The notes: generated by a model not told the origin, from the letters alone. 47,566 nt of DNA from a virus (IMGVR_UViG_3300002098_000055:1-47566); one strand, 5' to 3'. Positions 7,557 through 16,133 are shown, numbered from the stretch's first letter. Made by a program: numbers and translations.

Positions 7557-8835
7557 GCGTATTCATTTCGTCCCATTTTTTGCCGCTGTACTCATGAACT
7601 ACGGATTTACCAGTATAGGTTTGGTAGCGTTTAATGATGGTATCTACATATATCGGGTCTAGCTCCATCATGTAACAAGTTCGGTTTAGTTTTTCGCAAG
7701 CTATTAGCGTTGAGCCGGAGCCGCCGAAGAGGTCTGTCACTAAGCTGCTATTGGTCGTGGAGTGGTTAATAGCTCTCTCAACAAGTTCAACTGGTTTTTT
7801 GGTTGCGTGCTCTTTATCCGTTCCCATTTTTCTTTGAATGTGCCAAATATCATAATATTCTTTTTCCGATCCTTGGTTTGTATGCAATACGGGTTTTCCT
7901 TTTTTACATACGTTTATAAATTCATGACAGTATTTATAGTCGGAACCAAGGCCATGTACCATTTTGTCCCATACTATTAAATTAGAACGTTTAAAACCCG
8001 CTGTATCAATATGGGGGATAAGTTGATGGTTACGTCTCCAGTCTAAACAAATATAAGCTACCGAATCCTGTTTCATGATTATGTAATAATTGGCCGTAAA
8101 CAATGACATGAATTCTTGCCAGTCATCGTCGGTATACGAGTCATTAAACATGTTAGACAATCGACCAGATTTAGACCCTTTTGTTTCTTTCCACAGGCCA
8201 CCTGAGCCTTTTTGCGTTTCAGCAGTCATGCCGGTGTTGTACGGCGGGTCTGTAAACACCATATCCGCCAGCTTCCCATCCATCAGTATCTCAACGTCTG
8301 TAATGACCGTGCTATCCCCGCACATCAACCGATGGTTCCCTAATAGCCACACATCGCCTTTCTCCGATACCGGGACTGTTGGCGGCTCTGGTATCTCGTC
8401 AGGGTCGCCAAGCTCTTGGCCGTTTAAATCCATATCGCCCAGCATCTCGTTTAGTTCTTCAGTTGAAAACCCCGTTAGCGACATATCAAAATCGGGCGCG
8501 TTTCTGAGTTCTTCTAATTCCGCTATTAATAGTTCATGGTCCCACTCAGCGTTCATCGCTATTTTATTCGCTGCGAGTATGTAGCCTTTTTGTTTCGTAT
8601 CGTCTGCTAAGTGGTGTTGGACGATTACCGGAATAGTAGCCAGTCCCATTTTCTTTGCGGCCTCGACGCGTGCATGACCGGATAAAATCACAAAGTTAGC
8701 ATTGCATTCGACCGGCACGTTAAAGCCAAACTCCTCAATACTGTGTATCAGTTGCGCAATTTGAGGAGCGGGGTGTTTTCTTGCGTTGTTGCTGTAGTCT
8801 TTGAGCTTCGACGGCTCTAGCTGGATTATATTCAC
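7549..8835 (-). CDS. ParB-like N-terminal domain fused to an N6/N4 DNA methyltransferase
   Basis: The ParB-N-like segment is ILSGHARVEAAKKMGLATIPV. Methyltransferase motif IV is FTDPPYN and the AdoMet motif I is DLFGGSGSTLIA, in beta-class order. GTG start follows an AGGAG RBS. Confidence 0.85.
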   Translation of the reverse strand: MNIIQLEPSKLKDYSNNARKHPAPQIAQLIHSIEEFGFNVPVECNANFVILSGHARVEAAKKMGLATIPVIVQHHLADDTKQKGYILAANKIAMNAEWDHELLIAELEELRNAPDFDMSLTGFSTEELNEMLGDMDLNGQELGDPDEIPEPPTVPVSEKGDVWLLGNHRLMCGDSTVITDVEILMDGKLADMVFTDPPYNTGMTAETQKGSGGLWKETKGSKSGRLSNMFNDSYTDDDWQEFMSLFTANYYIIMKQDSVAYICLDWRRNHQLIPHIDTAGFKRSNLIVWDKMVHGLGSDYKYCHEFINVCKKGKPVLHTNQGSEKEYYDIWHIQRKMGTDKEHATKKPVELVERAINHSTTNSSLVTDLFGGSGSTLIACEKLNRTCYMMELDPIYVDTIIKRYQTYTGKSVVHEYSGKKWDEMNTLV

Positions 8836-8862
8836 AGTAAAATCTCCTAGAAAAGTTCATAT

Positions 8863-8868
8863 ATTATA
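8863..8868 (-). promoter_or_regulatory. Candidate -10 box (TATAAT) upstream of the methyltransferase gene
   Basis: A perfect TATAAT sits on the minus strand ~28 nt upstream of the GTG start. The -35 is weak. Confidence 0.3.
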
Positions 8869-8910
8869 CTTATGAGCGGGACTTGTACAGTTTTAGTGTA
8901 TGGTGCAACT

Positions 8911-9164
8911 GGTTACATTCTCGGTTACACGGGCTATAACCCAATCCCAGTATAGGTTTGAGCCATTTTCGATGTAACTCAAGGGTCAATTCCTATATAG
9001 AGAGTCGTTTTAGGCTAGAGCGCTCTAGCTCTACGGTTGTAAGAGCACTATAATACCTAATCTTAGTAATTCAGTTACACTAGTTACACTAGCTACATAA
9101 AGCCATACAGTGCTTGGCCTATATGAGTGTAACTGAAAACAATATAAGTTACATTACGTTACAC
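8911..9164. repeat. Iteron cluster: at least 8 copies of GTTACA(C/T) in both orientations (candidate replication origin / protein-binding array)
   Basis: Forward copies: 8911-8918, 8923-8930, 9073-9080, 9082-9089, 9091-9098 (degenerate), 9148-9154 and 9158-9164. Inverted copies: 8973-8978 and 9127-9135. All lie in a ~340-bp non-coding gap. Confidence 0.7.
9014..9029. repeat. Perfect 16-bp palindrome GCTAGAGCGCTCTAGC in the centre of the iteron region
   Basis: Checked pairwise over 9014-9029. Confidence 0.9.
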
Positions 9165-9174
9165 CGAGGATAAA

Positions 9175-9579
9175 ATGGAAAGTTTAGAGTACCGCTATTG
9201 TGAATTATTTGTTAAATGCTACAGCATTGCTAAACGTACCCACGAAAAGAAATACATTAAAGCCCCGCTAGACAATTGGATTATAAGTAACGGCCTTGAA
9301 TGGGGAAAAATAGGAAACCTAGCGAGGGATTGTATTGAATCTAAAACATTACCTAGCGTTAAATATAAATATTGCGCTAGAAATTATCGTTATAAGAAAT
9401 TTAAAAAAGAAGCGTTTAGTTTTATAGGTGAAGGGGTTGCGCTTATAACCCTAGAGTTAATCGCGCATCCTTGCTACTGTGGTTTTGATAAGTATGTGTC
9501 TATTGATGCGTTACCCGACAACTGGTGTCTTATTGCTGACTCCGCTTTTAGGCACAAGATGATGGATATTGCCCGCTGA
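9175..9579 (+). CDS. Hypothetical protein (134 aa), orphan plus-strand gene
   Basis: A GAGGA RBS sits 6 nt before the ATG. The ORF is AT-rich and converges on the primase gene, overlapping its 3' end by 69 nt. Confidence 0.45.
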   Translation: MESLEYRYCELFVKCYSIAKRTHEKKYIKAPLDNWIISNGLEWGKIGNLARDCIESKTLPSVKYKYCARNYRYKKFKKEAFSFIGEGVALITLELIAHPCYCGFDKYVSIDALPDNWCLIADSAFRHKMMDIAR

Positions 9580-11700
9580 GCTTCTTTTTGGTTGTTTTCC
9601 TGTTAATCTTGCGATTATCTTCCCCATTTGAGTACATTGGAAACGTGAAGGGTTTTGAAATCCTAAAGCCCTTAGTGCTTCGGTAGCTGAATAAGCTATC
9701 TTTGGCTTACTCTGCCATCCTTGCGAGAAATCAAAGAACGTATGCAGCAACTCTTCGATGGGGTTTATCTGTTCGTGGTTCCTGTTGTGTGCATTAAGTT
9801 CTGTAAACTCGTCGCTAGTCATCCATGTTTGTTCGCCTGCTGCCCATATCGCATAGACCTCCGCCCACACTTGCGCCATATCTAGCCCATGGTTGTCTTT
9901 AATCGATAATACGTGGAGCGTCCACCATCGGCGGTTTCCCGTATCGTCTACTAGAAAATTAGGGTCGTTAACTGTGGCTGCAAATACAGTACGCCGTTTT
10001 AGCACGCTATCTTTTCTTGCGTATGGCAAACGTATTTTATCAAAGTCCTCCGTTAGATAGCTTTTAATCCGGGCTATGTCAGCTTTTCTAAAAGTGCCGT
10101 CTAGCTCGCCTAGCTCCACAATCCAAAAGCTGGCTACTGTTTTAACGCAATCTTTATCCTTTGGGTCTAGGGTTGCGCCTGTTTTGACCGCTTGGCAGTC
10201 GAATGGGTCTAAAGATTTAATAAAACGTGTTTTACCGATGTTTTGGTCTCCTGCTAATACTAATACTCCGTGCGCCGAAAACCCAGTATCGGTGTGTACA
10301 GCCGCTATAGCGGATACCATCCAACGACGCATAAGTTTATAAGTTAATTCCTGATTGGTTGTTTCAAGTGTAGCTATAAATTGGTCAAGCCTAGGCACAC
10401 CATCCCAAGGTGTTTTTGTTAAACCCTCTACGATAGGGTGATAGTTTTCCCGCTGTGCTAATAAATTTAAATGGTCATCAATTCGCATGATGGGCATTTC
10501 GTTTTTCAGGGCAAGGTCTTTAATTACATTGAGCGCGAAGTTTTCCGCGTCCTCTGCAAACAGCTTGCATTTTGGGATCGTCACCTCACGGTCGCGTTTC
10601 ATGTTGTTCCATCTTGATGAAATACCAAAAATATCCAGCATAAATTTAAGGTTAGCCGATGTGTCCAGTACTTTATTGCGCGTGCTAATTTCAGGGTAGT
10701 TCATGGCGTTTAGTATTTTTGTACTTAAATTGTGTTGCACATAATCTGTACTTTTGTTATTATTCACATCGGTATGTGGTGTACCGTCATGTGAAAAAAA
10801 CTTATCCCCTCGCATCCGTAAAATGGTCGAGGGGAGATAGTCTTCCCGCTGCCACTTATCTCTCTTAAGTTTTGACAGGTTCATTAGTTCTTGAACCCGC
10901 TCACAATTACCGCCTACCAGATAATGCAATCTGTATGCTAGTGCCGCATCTGCTGCGCTGTGGTCGTATTCTTTGCCGGGTGTTTGTGTTGGGAAATGTT
11001 GGGCTAGTACATTGGAATTATTCTCCCATAGGTGCCGAATTGAAAGCACACTACCGAACGCTTCTTTTTCACTTAATGGCTTACTTAAAAACCACTCAAT
11101 TAGCTTCACGTTATCTTCAGGCGGGTTTGTGCCCGGTGCGGCTTCTGTCGTCCATTCTGCTGAACGTTCGGTTCGAGGGGTAGTATCTATCCCAAGGGCT
11201 GCAATAAACTGCTTAAGCCCTTCTGTGTGGATAGTTTCCGCATCTCCTCGTGGGTTTATCTCAGCTAATGCGCAAAAGCGCCCAGCGGTGTAAATTTCGA
11301 TGCCCAGATGGTCTAGTCGGCGGCCATCGAAGGGCGCATCGCCTTCAAATCTCGCGATTATATGCAGCCCCCTACCAGACTGAGAGGTCTCAACGTATGC
11401 CGTGGGGAAATAAGTAAGAGTATTTGTAGCTGTTTCTGTGAGTGTACCGTCTGGATTAATGCACCTGTCCAGGTCGATAAAAAAATAATTATCTCCCTCG
11501 AGTACTGCATAGCCTACGCCATAGCCCTCACCGAGCGTATCTGCTAACGCTCGAGCCGTTTCGTAGGGCATATGGATTAAAGGGTCTAATGGGTTGTGGG
11601 TGTATAAGTTTTTTGGGTCCAACGGTATTTTATCCGTCTTTCCTTTAGACGTAGGTACGTAACGACACAATAGGTATCTATTAAGTTGTGGTTTTTTCAT
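9511..11700 (-). CDS. Bifunctional DNA primase-polymerase (AEP) / VirE-D5-type helicase
   Basis: AEP motifs are FFIDLDRC (DxD) and SGRGLHII. The P-loop LAGDQNIGKT lies in a VirE-like C-terminal half. Confidence 0.85.
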   Translation of the reverse strand: MKKPQLNRYLLCRYVPTSKGKTDKIPLDPKNLYTHNPLDPLIHMPYETARALADTLGEGYGVGYAVLEGDNYFFIDLDRCINPDGTLTETATNTLTYFPTAYVETSQSGRGLHIIARFEGDAPFDGRRLDHLGIEIYTAGRFCALAEINPRGDAETIHTEGLKQFIAALGIDTTPRTERSAEWTTEAAPGTNPPEDNVKLIEWFLSKPLSEKEAFGSVLSIRHLWENNSNVLAQHFPTQTPGKEYDHSAADAALAYRLHYLVGGNCERVQELMNLSKLKRDKWQREDYLPSTILRMRGDKFFSHDGTPHTDVNNNKSTDYVQHNLSTKILNAMNYPEISTRNKVLDTSANLKFMLDIFGISSRWNNMKRDREVTIPKCKLFAEDAENFALNVIKDLALKNEMPIMRIDDHLNLLAQRENYHPIVEGLTKTPWDGVPRLDQFIATLETTNQELTYKLMRRWMVSAIAAVHTDTGFSAHGVLVLAGDQNIGKTRFIKSLDPFDCQAVKTGATLDPKDKDCVKTVASFWIVELGELDGTFRKADIARIKSYLTEDFDKIRLPYARKDSVLKRRTVFAATVNDPNFLVDDTGNRRWWTLHVLSIKDNHGLDMAQVWAEVYAIWAAGEQTWMTSDEFTELNAHNRNHEQINPIEELLHTFFDFSQGWQSKPKIAYSATEALRALGFQNPSRFQCTQMGKIIARLTGKQPKRSSAGNIHHLVPKSGVSNKTPVVG

Positions 11701-11715
11701 GCAAAAATTAATCCT

Positions 11716-12036
11716 TTAGTTTGTTAAATATTTAACTACCTTCTGTTTAAGCTCCTGCGGTAGTTGAACGGTTTCTTTTCCCCATGTTGCTAAATTTTCG
11801 GCTAGTATTGGTATAATCTCCTTTTCTATTGCGGTTGCTAAAACAATCGCGCGTAGGTTTTCGATGCTGTCGTAATAATGATTTATTAAACCACTGGCGC
11901 ACTGCATCCTATTTGCTATGGCCCGACGGGTCAACTGTCGGTAGCCTCGTTCGATGGATAAATTGATAGCAATATCAAGTATTTGCTCTTTTCGAGCGAG
12001 GGGGTTCATCCTCGCACCTTTAATTCTGATTGTCAT
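11716..12036 (-). CDS. Minimal TetR-family-like HTH regulator (106 aa; alternative start 12009)
   Basis: RKEQILDIAINLSIERGYRQLTRRAIANRMQCASGLINHYYDSIENL matches the TetR_N pattern (..ILDAA..LF.E.GY..TT...IA..AGVS.G.IYHYF.SKE.L). The protein is too short for a ligand-binding domain. Confidence 0.65.
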   Translation of the reverse strand: MTIRIKGARMNPLARKEQILDIAINLSIERGYRQLTRRAIANRMQCASGLINHYYDSIENLRAIVLATAIEKEIIPILAENLATWGKETVQLPQELKQKVVKYLTN

Positions 12037-12226
12037 TATCTGCCTCTAAATTTTTTAGTAGTGCTGAGACGGCGCGGTTAACGCAATAGTCACACACTGG
12101 TTTTTTGCTGGGGAACAGACCGTTCATTGCGGCTTGGTCGAGCGTCTTGAACGGTTGTTCGTTGGGTTCGATTATCCGTTCGCACCATGATTTATCCGGG
12201 TCAACTATTGACACTATGTGATTCAT
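12020..12226 (-). CDS. Hypothetical protein (68 aa)
   Basis: ATG at 12226 overlaps the VRR-NUC TGA as ATGA. The ORF-track start at 12289 would overlap the upstream gene by 67 nt. Confidence 0.5.
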   Translation of the reverse strand: MNHIVSIVDPDKSWCERIIEPNEQPFKTLDQAAMNGLFPSKKPVCDYCVNRAVSALLKNLEADNDNQN

Positions 12227-12591
12227 AACGTACCCCTTCCGGTTGTAAAACAGGCGTCCCCGCCTAGTTCGTTTATGAGTTCCGCCCACGCTAATTGTGC
12301 GCGTTCTCGCTCTGTCCCTGTGTACTGCCAGCCCGCGCGTTTGACCTCGCGGGATATAAATTGACCGATGACGGCCCCGACATGCGCTTGTGTGATTATT
12401 ACAGGCCGTATGCCGATTAAATCCGCTGATTTTATAACGCGGTTTAGCTGTGCGGAGTCGTTCGCGAGTCCGAACCGTATAAATTGCCCGGATGGGGTGT
12501 AGGTGGCACCGACGTTATTCCGCCAAAGTCTGCACCCCCGTTGCGATGCTTCTAGTCTTATGCCGCTTGATATCCCTGATTCCGATGTCAT
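12223..12591 (-). CDS. VRR-NUC domain nuclease
   Basis: PD-(D/E)XK-type motifs are ADLIGIRP ... GQFISREVKR. Size and context next to the helicase fit. Confidence 0.7.
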   Translation of the reverse strand: MTSESGISSGIRLEASQRGCRLWRNNVGATYTPSGQFIRFGLANDSAQLNRVIKSADLIGIRPVIITQAHVGAVIGQFISREVKRAGWQYTGTERERAQLAWAELINELGGDACFTTGRGTL

Positions 12592-14207
12592 ATCATATTG
12601 TCCATGCTGTCAACAACCTTTGAATATAACACTGAAGCCTCAGAACTGCCAAGGGCTTGCGCACTTAAGATATCTATGTTAAAGGCGAGATAAAAACGTC
12701 GGTAGATTTCAGAATCACTTTCGCCTGTGTGCTTATAGTATCCCGCCCACTGAGCGATAGCCGCACGCAGCTCTGTTTGTATCCTGATTTTCTCAGCGTG
12801 CCGGTTTTGTATGCCACGTATTACATACGGCTCAACCCCGCGCGGGTATTTTGGCGCGTCTGTTACGTTGCGCTCAGCGTTGCCTCGCAGTGCGGCGAGC
12901 GTTTCCGCGTCGAGTTCGCATAGGTCGCCGTCTACGAATTGTGGGGCGTTGCGCTGCTGTGGTTCGTGGTAATGCCCGCAGTACGGACACTCACGTAGAA
13001 ATCGGGTAAATACGCTCAGGCATTTTAAACACGTTTTAAGCGGGATTGCGTCTTCAGGCGTTGACCGTCCGCGCCGTTCGCGTGCGTCAAGTGACCAGTT
13101 GCGTGGCGCATCGGGGAGGCCGTGGCGTGCGTAGTTGTTCACATGGTCAATAATAACGGCGTGTTGTTTGTTGTCTGAAGGTCTTAGAGCGCGTCCGAAC
13201 TGTTGGGCGAACGTGGCGTAACTCTCTGTAGGTCTGCCCATCGAAACGACTTCAATTGCTGGCACGTCTACGCCCTCGCCGAGTATATCAACGTTAACAA
13301 GCTGTAACAGTTCGCCTGCCCGAAACCGTCGCATGGCTTGCTGCCTGAGAAGCGGGGGCGTTAGGCTGCTTACGACTTCGGCGGGTACGCCGTGTTGGCG
13401 GAATTCAAGGCAGATTTCGTGCGCGGCTTTGATGTCTACCGCGAACGTCACGCCACGTTTGCCGGGCGCTATACGCAGGTAGTGCGCAACGATATCGCCT
13501 GTAATTCGTGATTTATGTACCGCAGTGCGTAGCGGGACGGGAGAGAAATCGCCGCTTGCTGTGTGTCCGACACCGGATAAATCTAGGTCGTTTGGGGGTG
13601 CGAAGATACGATAGTCACAGAGATAACCCCGCTGGATTAGCTCACGCATTGACGGCCCGGTTATCAGTACGTCGGCTAGCCCGTCACTGTGCCTACCAAG
13701 CCCGCGCCCGTCTGCGCGTACAGGTGTTGCGGTTGGGAAGAATCCGCGAGCGTTGGGGAACAGTTGGCACGCTCGTCCCCACAGATTTTTAGCTTGGATA
13801 TGATGCGATTCGTCAATTATTTGTACAGTTACGCGTTTGAACCACGGGGTATCCGCTGGCATACGTGTGAGAGTTTGAACCGAAGCGACAAAACACGTCG
13901 CATTGGGGTCATAAAATCCGCGTTGGTGGGCGATATGATGTGTGGCTACAATCTCGCGTACTGTAGAGCGCGGGGCGATAATATTATGCCGTATGCCGAA
14001 ACCTGCTAGTGTGAGTGAGAGCTGGGATACAAGTTCGGTACGATGCGCTATAACCACAGAATACCCGGTGTGCTGCTGTATGAGCGAGGTTATAATTAGG
14101 CTCTTGCCTCCGCCTGTACTGAGCTGGCCGAGAACGTTCACGTGTCCAGCGTTCCACGCCTCGAGCGTTTGTTGTACCATGTCCCGCTGATAATCCCTGA
14201 GCTGCAT
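12588..14207 (-). CDS. Superfamily 2 DNA helicase (DEAD/DEAH, res-subunit-like) with C-terminal zinc ribbon
   Basis: Walker A is LSTGGGKS and DExH is IIDESHH. The C-terminal ribbon is CLKC...CPYCGH. Confidence 0.85.
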   Translation of the reverse strand: MQLRDYQRDMVQQTLEAWNAGHVNVLGQLSTGGGKSLIITSLIQQHTGYSVVIAHRTELVSQLSLTLAGFGIRHNIIAPRSTVREIVATHHIAHQRGFYDPNATCFVASVQTLTRMPADTPWFKRVTVQIIDESHHIQAKNLWGRACQLFPNARGFFPTATPVRADGRGLGRHSDGLADVLITGPSMRELIQRGYLCDYRIFAPPNDLDLSGVGHTASGDFSPVPLRTAVHKSRITGDIVAHYLRIAPGKRGVTFAVDIKAAHEICLEFRQHGVPAEVVSSLTPPLLRQQAMRRFRAGELLQLVNVDILGEGVDVPAIEVVSMGRPTESYATFAQQFGRALRPSDNKQHAVIIDHVNNYARHGLPDAPRNWSLDARERRGRSTPEDAIPLKTCLKCLSVFTRFLRECPYCGHYHEPQQRNAPQFVDGDLCELDAETLAALRGNAERNVTDAPKYPRGVEPYVIRGIQNRHAEKIRIQTELRAAIAQWAGYYKHTGESDSEIYRRFYLAFNIDILSAQALGSSEASVLYSKVVDSMDNMI

Positions 14208-14227
14208 AAGTTATTTATTTGTTGTTG

Positions 14228-14258
14228 TTGACAGGGTAGTCAATATATATCTATACTC
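14228..14258 (+). promoter_or_regulatory. Rightward early promoter P1 with operator palindrome TTGACAGGGTAGTCAA
   Basis: The -35 TTGACA lies inside the 16-bp palindrome at 14228-14243. The -10 is less clear: CTATAC at 17 nt or TATACT at 19 nt. Confidence 0.55.
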
Positions 14259-14270
14259 CGTTTTTGTCAA
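14242..14270 (-). promoter_or_regulatory. Leftward early promoter (TTGACA-17 nt-TATATT)
   Basis: The -35 is at 14270-14265 and the -10 at 14247-14242, on the minus strand upstream of the helicase gene. The -10 abuts or overlaps the 14228-14243 palindrome. Confidence 0.6.
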
Positions 14271-14285
14271 TTTAAAGAGGCTACA

Positions 14286-15026
14286 ATGATAAAATTAGAA
14301 ATCACAGATTTAGAAACTGCAAGCGAGGACGTGTTACGCGAGACAGGCCGGTATTTGTTAGCGTTGAGTAACAGAGCGCACGTTGAACTTGAGCCGGTTG
14401 AGTTAGAGGGTTTACGTGTCGGGTCCCCTGCTTCTGCGGCTGAACCTGAGCCGGTTGAACCTGACACGTCAAAGGAGCCTCACGCTTACTTTGTTTTTCC
14501 TCCTGAACCTGTGCTCATTGATATACCCCAAGCCCCTGCGCCTGTTGTAGATATTGTGCCTATGCCCTCTGAGATATTCAGTAAACCGGCTCCCGCTCCC
14601 ATCCCGCCAGCACAAGTAACGCCCGCACCCAGTGTTGACTTAGACGTACATGGCATGCCATGGGATATACGCATACACGCACGCACAAAAACAAAAATGA
14701 AAGACGGTTCATGGAAAAAACTACGAGGTGTAGGCCCGCTCGTTGTTAAAACCGTTGAAGCGCAGTTACTTACTATTCAGAACATTCCAGCACCCCCGGC
14801 TGTGCCACCCGCGCCAGAAGCACCTGCTGAAGCTGTAGCCCCCGGGTTTAGCGATTTAATGACACTAGTCACAAAAGCAATTACTGAAGGTAAGTTAAAA
14901 CGCGACCAAGTTACAGCTGTTTTAAAGCCGTTTGGTATACCGTCTTTACCGCTGATTGCTACGCGCCTTGATTTGATTCCGGCTGTTATTGAAGCCCTGA
15001 CGGAGATAGTTAATGCTCCATTCTAA
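14286..15026 (+). CDS. Hypothetical early protein with Pro/Ala-rich linkers (246 aa)
   Basis: An AAAGAGG RBS precedes it. A conserved-looking core reads DVHGMPWDIRIHARTKTKMKDGSWKKLRG. Confidence 0.7.
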   Translation: MIKLEITDLETASEDVLRETGRYLLALSNRAHVELEPVELEGLRVGSPASAAEPEPVEPDTSKEPHAYFVFPPEPVLIDIPQAPAPVVDIVPMPSEIFSKPAPAPIPPAQVTPAPSVDLDVHGMPWDIRIHARTKTKMKDGSWKKLRGVGPLVVKTVEAQLLTIQNIPAPPAVPPAPEAPAEAVAPGFSDLMTLVTKAITEGKLKRDQVTAVLKPFGIPSLPLIATRLDLIPAVIEALTEIVNAPF

Positions 15027-16101
15027 GCTTGCCCCCTCAAGTGCTGCGCGTCGTGTAGCGTGCCCCGGTAGTCGCGCTTTTGAAGAGCGGTATCCTCAAG
15101 CCGGTGATTCGCTTGCGTCCCGTGAAGGGACCGCGGCTCACTGGGTGGCACAGCAATATTTATTAGGTAATTACGCGCTACCAGCTACCGCGCCAAACGG
15201 CGAACCGATAACGAATGAAATGTTAGACGGGGCGGACATGTACGAGCACGCCGTTAAATGGAGCGGGATTGATGAAACCGCGGAATTGCATATTGAAGAA
15301 CGTGTCGAGATATTCAACGTGCACCCGGACTGCTGGGGTACGCCTGATTGCTGGGTAATCTCCGGTAAAGACTTGCATATTTTTGATTATAAGTACGGGC
15401 ATGGTTACGTTGAGGTGATTGAAAACTGGCAGTTGTTGGAATACGCCAGCGGGATAGTTGCGCGGATGCCCGACACAGATAAAATCACAATGACGATAAT
15501 CCAGCCGCGTTGCTATACCGCTAGGGGTCCGGTGAGGTCGTGGGTACTGACCCGAGAACAGCTAGCAGAGTACACCCGCGTGCTCATTAAATCTGAAGCT
15601 GCCGCAATGGACCCACACGCGCTATGCATTCCAAGCCCTCAATGCAAGCACTGCTCTGGCCGTCACGCATGTACCGCGCTGCAAAACACGGCGGGTGCGA
15701 TAGTTGATGTGGCTATGTCCGTCACGTCATACGAGTTAGACAGCCGCCAAACCGCTCAAGAGCTGCGCTACCTGCGCCACGCTGCTGCTATGATTGACGC
15801 ACGTATGACGGGGCTTGAAGAACAAGCAAAATCGATGATTACTCGCGGGGAGTACGTACCCGGATTTAAACTCGAACCGGGAAACACGCGCGAGCATTGG
15901 GCGACATCCGCGCAGGAGGTTATTGTGCTTGGCGAAATGATGGGATTAGACCTTAGGAAGCCAATAGACACAATAACACCGGCTCAAGCCCGACGGCTTG
16001 GCGTGCCTGAAGAAATTCTAGCGACCTACGCGCAACGGCTAGCGGGGAAATTAAAACTGGTCGAGTGTACAGACGATGCTAAAAAGGTATTTAAGAAATA
16101 G
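15013..16101 (+). CDS. PD-(D/E)XK exonuclease, DUF2800/Cas4-like
   Basis: The N-terminus LAPSSAARRVACPGS is DUF2800-like. It has an IFDYKYG nuclease motif and a C-terminal Cys cluster CKHCSGRHAC. Confidence 0.7.
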   Translation: MLHSKLAPSSAARRVACPGSRAFEERYPQAGDSLASREGTAAHWVAQQYLLGNYALPATAPNGEPITNEMLDGADMYEHAVKWSGIDETAELHIEERVEIFNVHPDCWGTPDCWVISGKDLHIFDYKYGHGYVEVIENWQLLEYASGIVARMPDTDKITMTIIQPRCYTARGPVRSWVLTREQLAEYTRVLIKSEAAAMDPHALCIPSPQCKHCSGRHACTALQNTAGAIVDVAMSVTSYELDSRQTAQELRYLRHAAAMIDARMTGLEEQAKSMITRGEYVPGFKLEPGNTREHWATSAQEVIVLGEMMGLDLRKPIDTITPAQARRLGVPEEILATYAQRLAGKLKLVECTDDAKKVFKK

Positions 16102-16104
16102 TTA

Positions 16105-16133
16105 TTGACTCTACAGTCAACAATTACTATAAT
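16105..16133 (+). promoter_or_regulatory. Early promoter P2 with operator palindrome TTGACTCTACAGTCAA
   Basis: TTGACT-17 nt-TATAAT (16128-16133). The palindrome is at 16105-16120. Confidence 0.7.

Noticed and set aside
8090-8584. 164-aa plus-strand ORF
   Set aside because: It lies entirely antisense to the ParB-N/methyltransferase gene, which carries clear catalytic motifs.
10076-11547. Several plus-strand ORFs inside the primase-helicase gene
   Set aside because: They are antisense to a gene with AEP and P-loop motifs. They are short and uncoupled.
12020-12289. 89-aa version of the ORF with an Arg-rich N-terminal extension
   Set aside because: The extension overlaps the VRR-NUC gene by 67 nt. 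The ATGA-coupled ATG at 12226 is the more plausible start.
13508-14190. Plus-strand ORFs 13508-13792, 13689-14009 and 13942-14190
   Set aside because: They are Arg-rich shadow ORFs antisense to the GC-rich helicase gene.
14267-14686. Minus-strand ORFs 14267-14467 and 14486-14686
   Set aside because: They are antisense to the first plus-arm gene and lie downstream of the leftward promoter direction. Their Gly/Ser-rich composition is an artefact of the Pro/Ala-rich sense strand.
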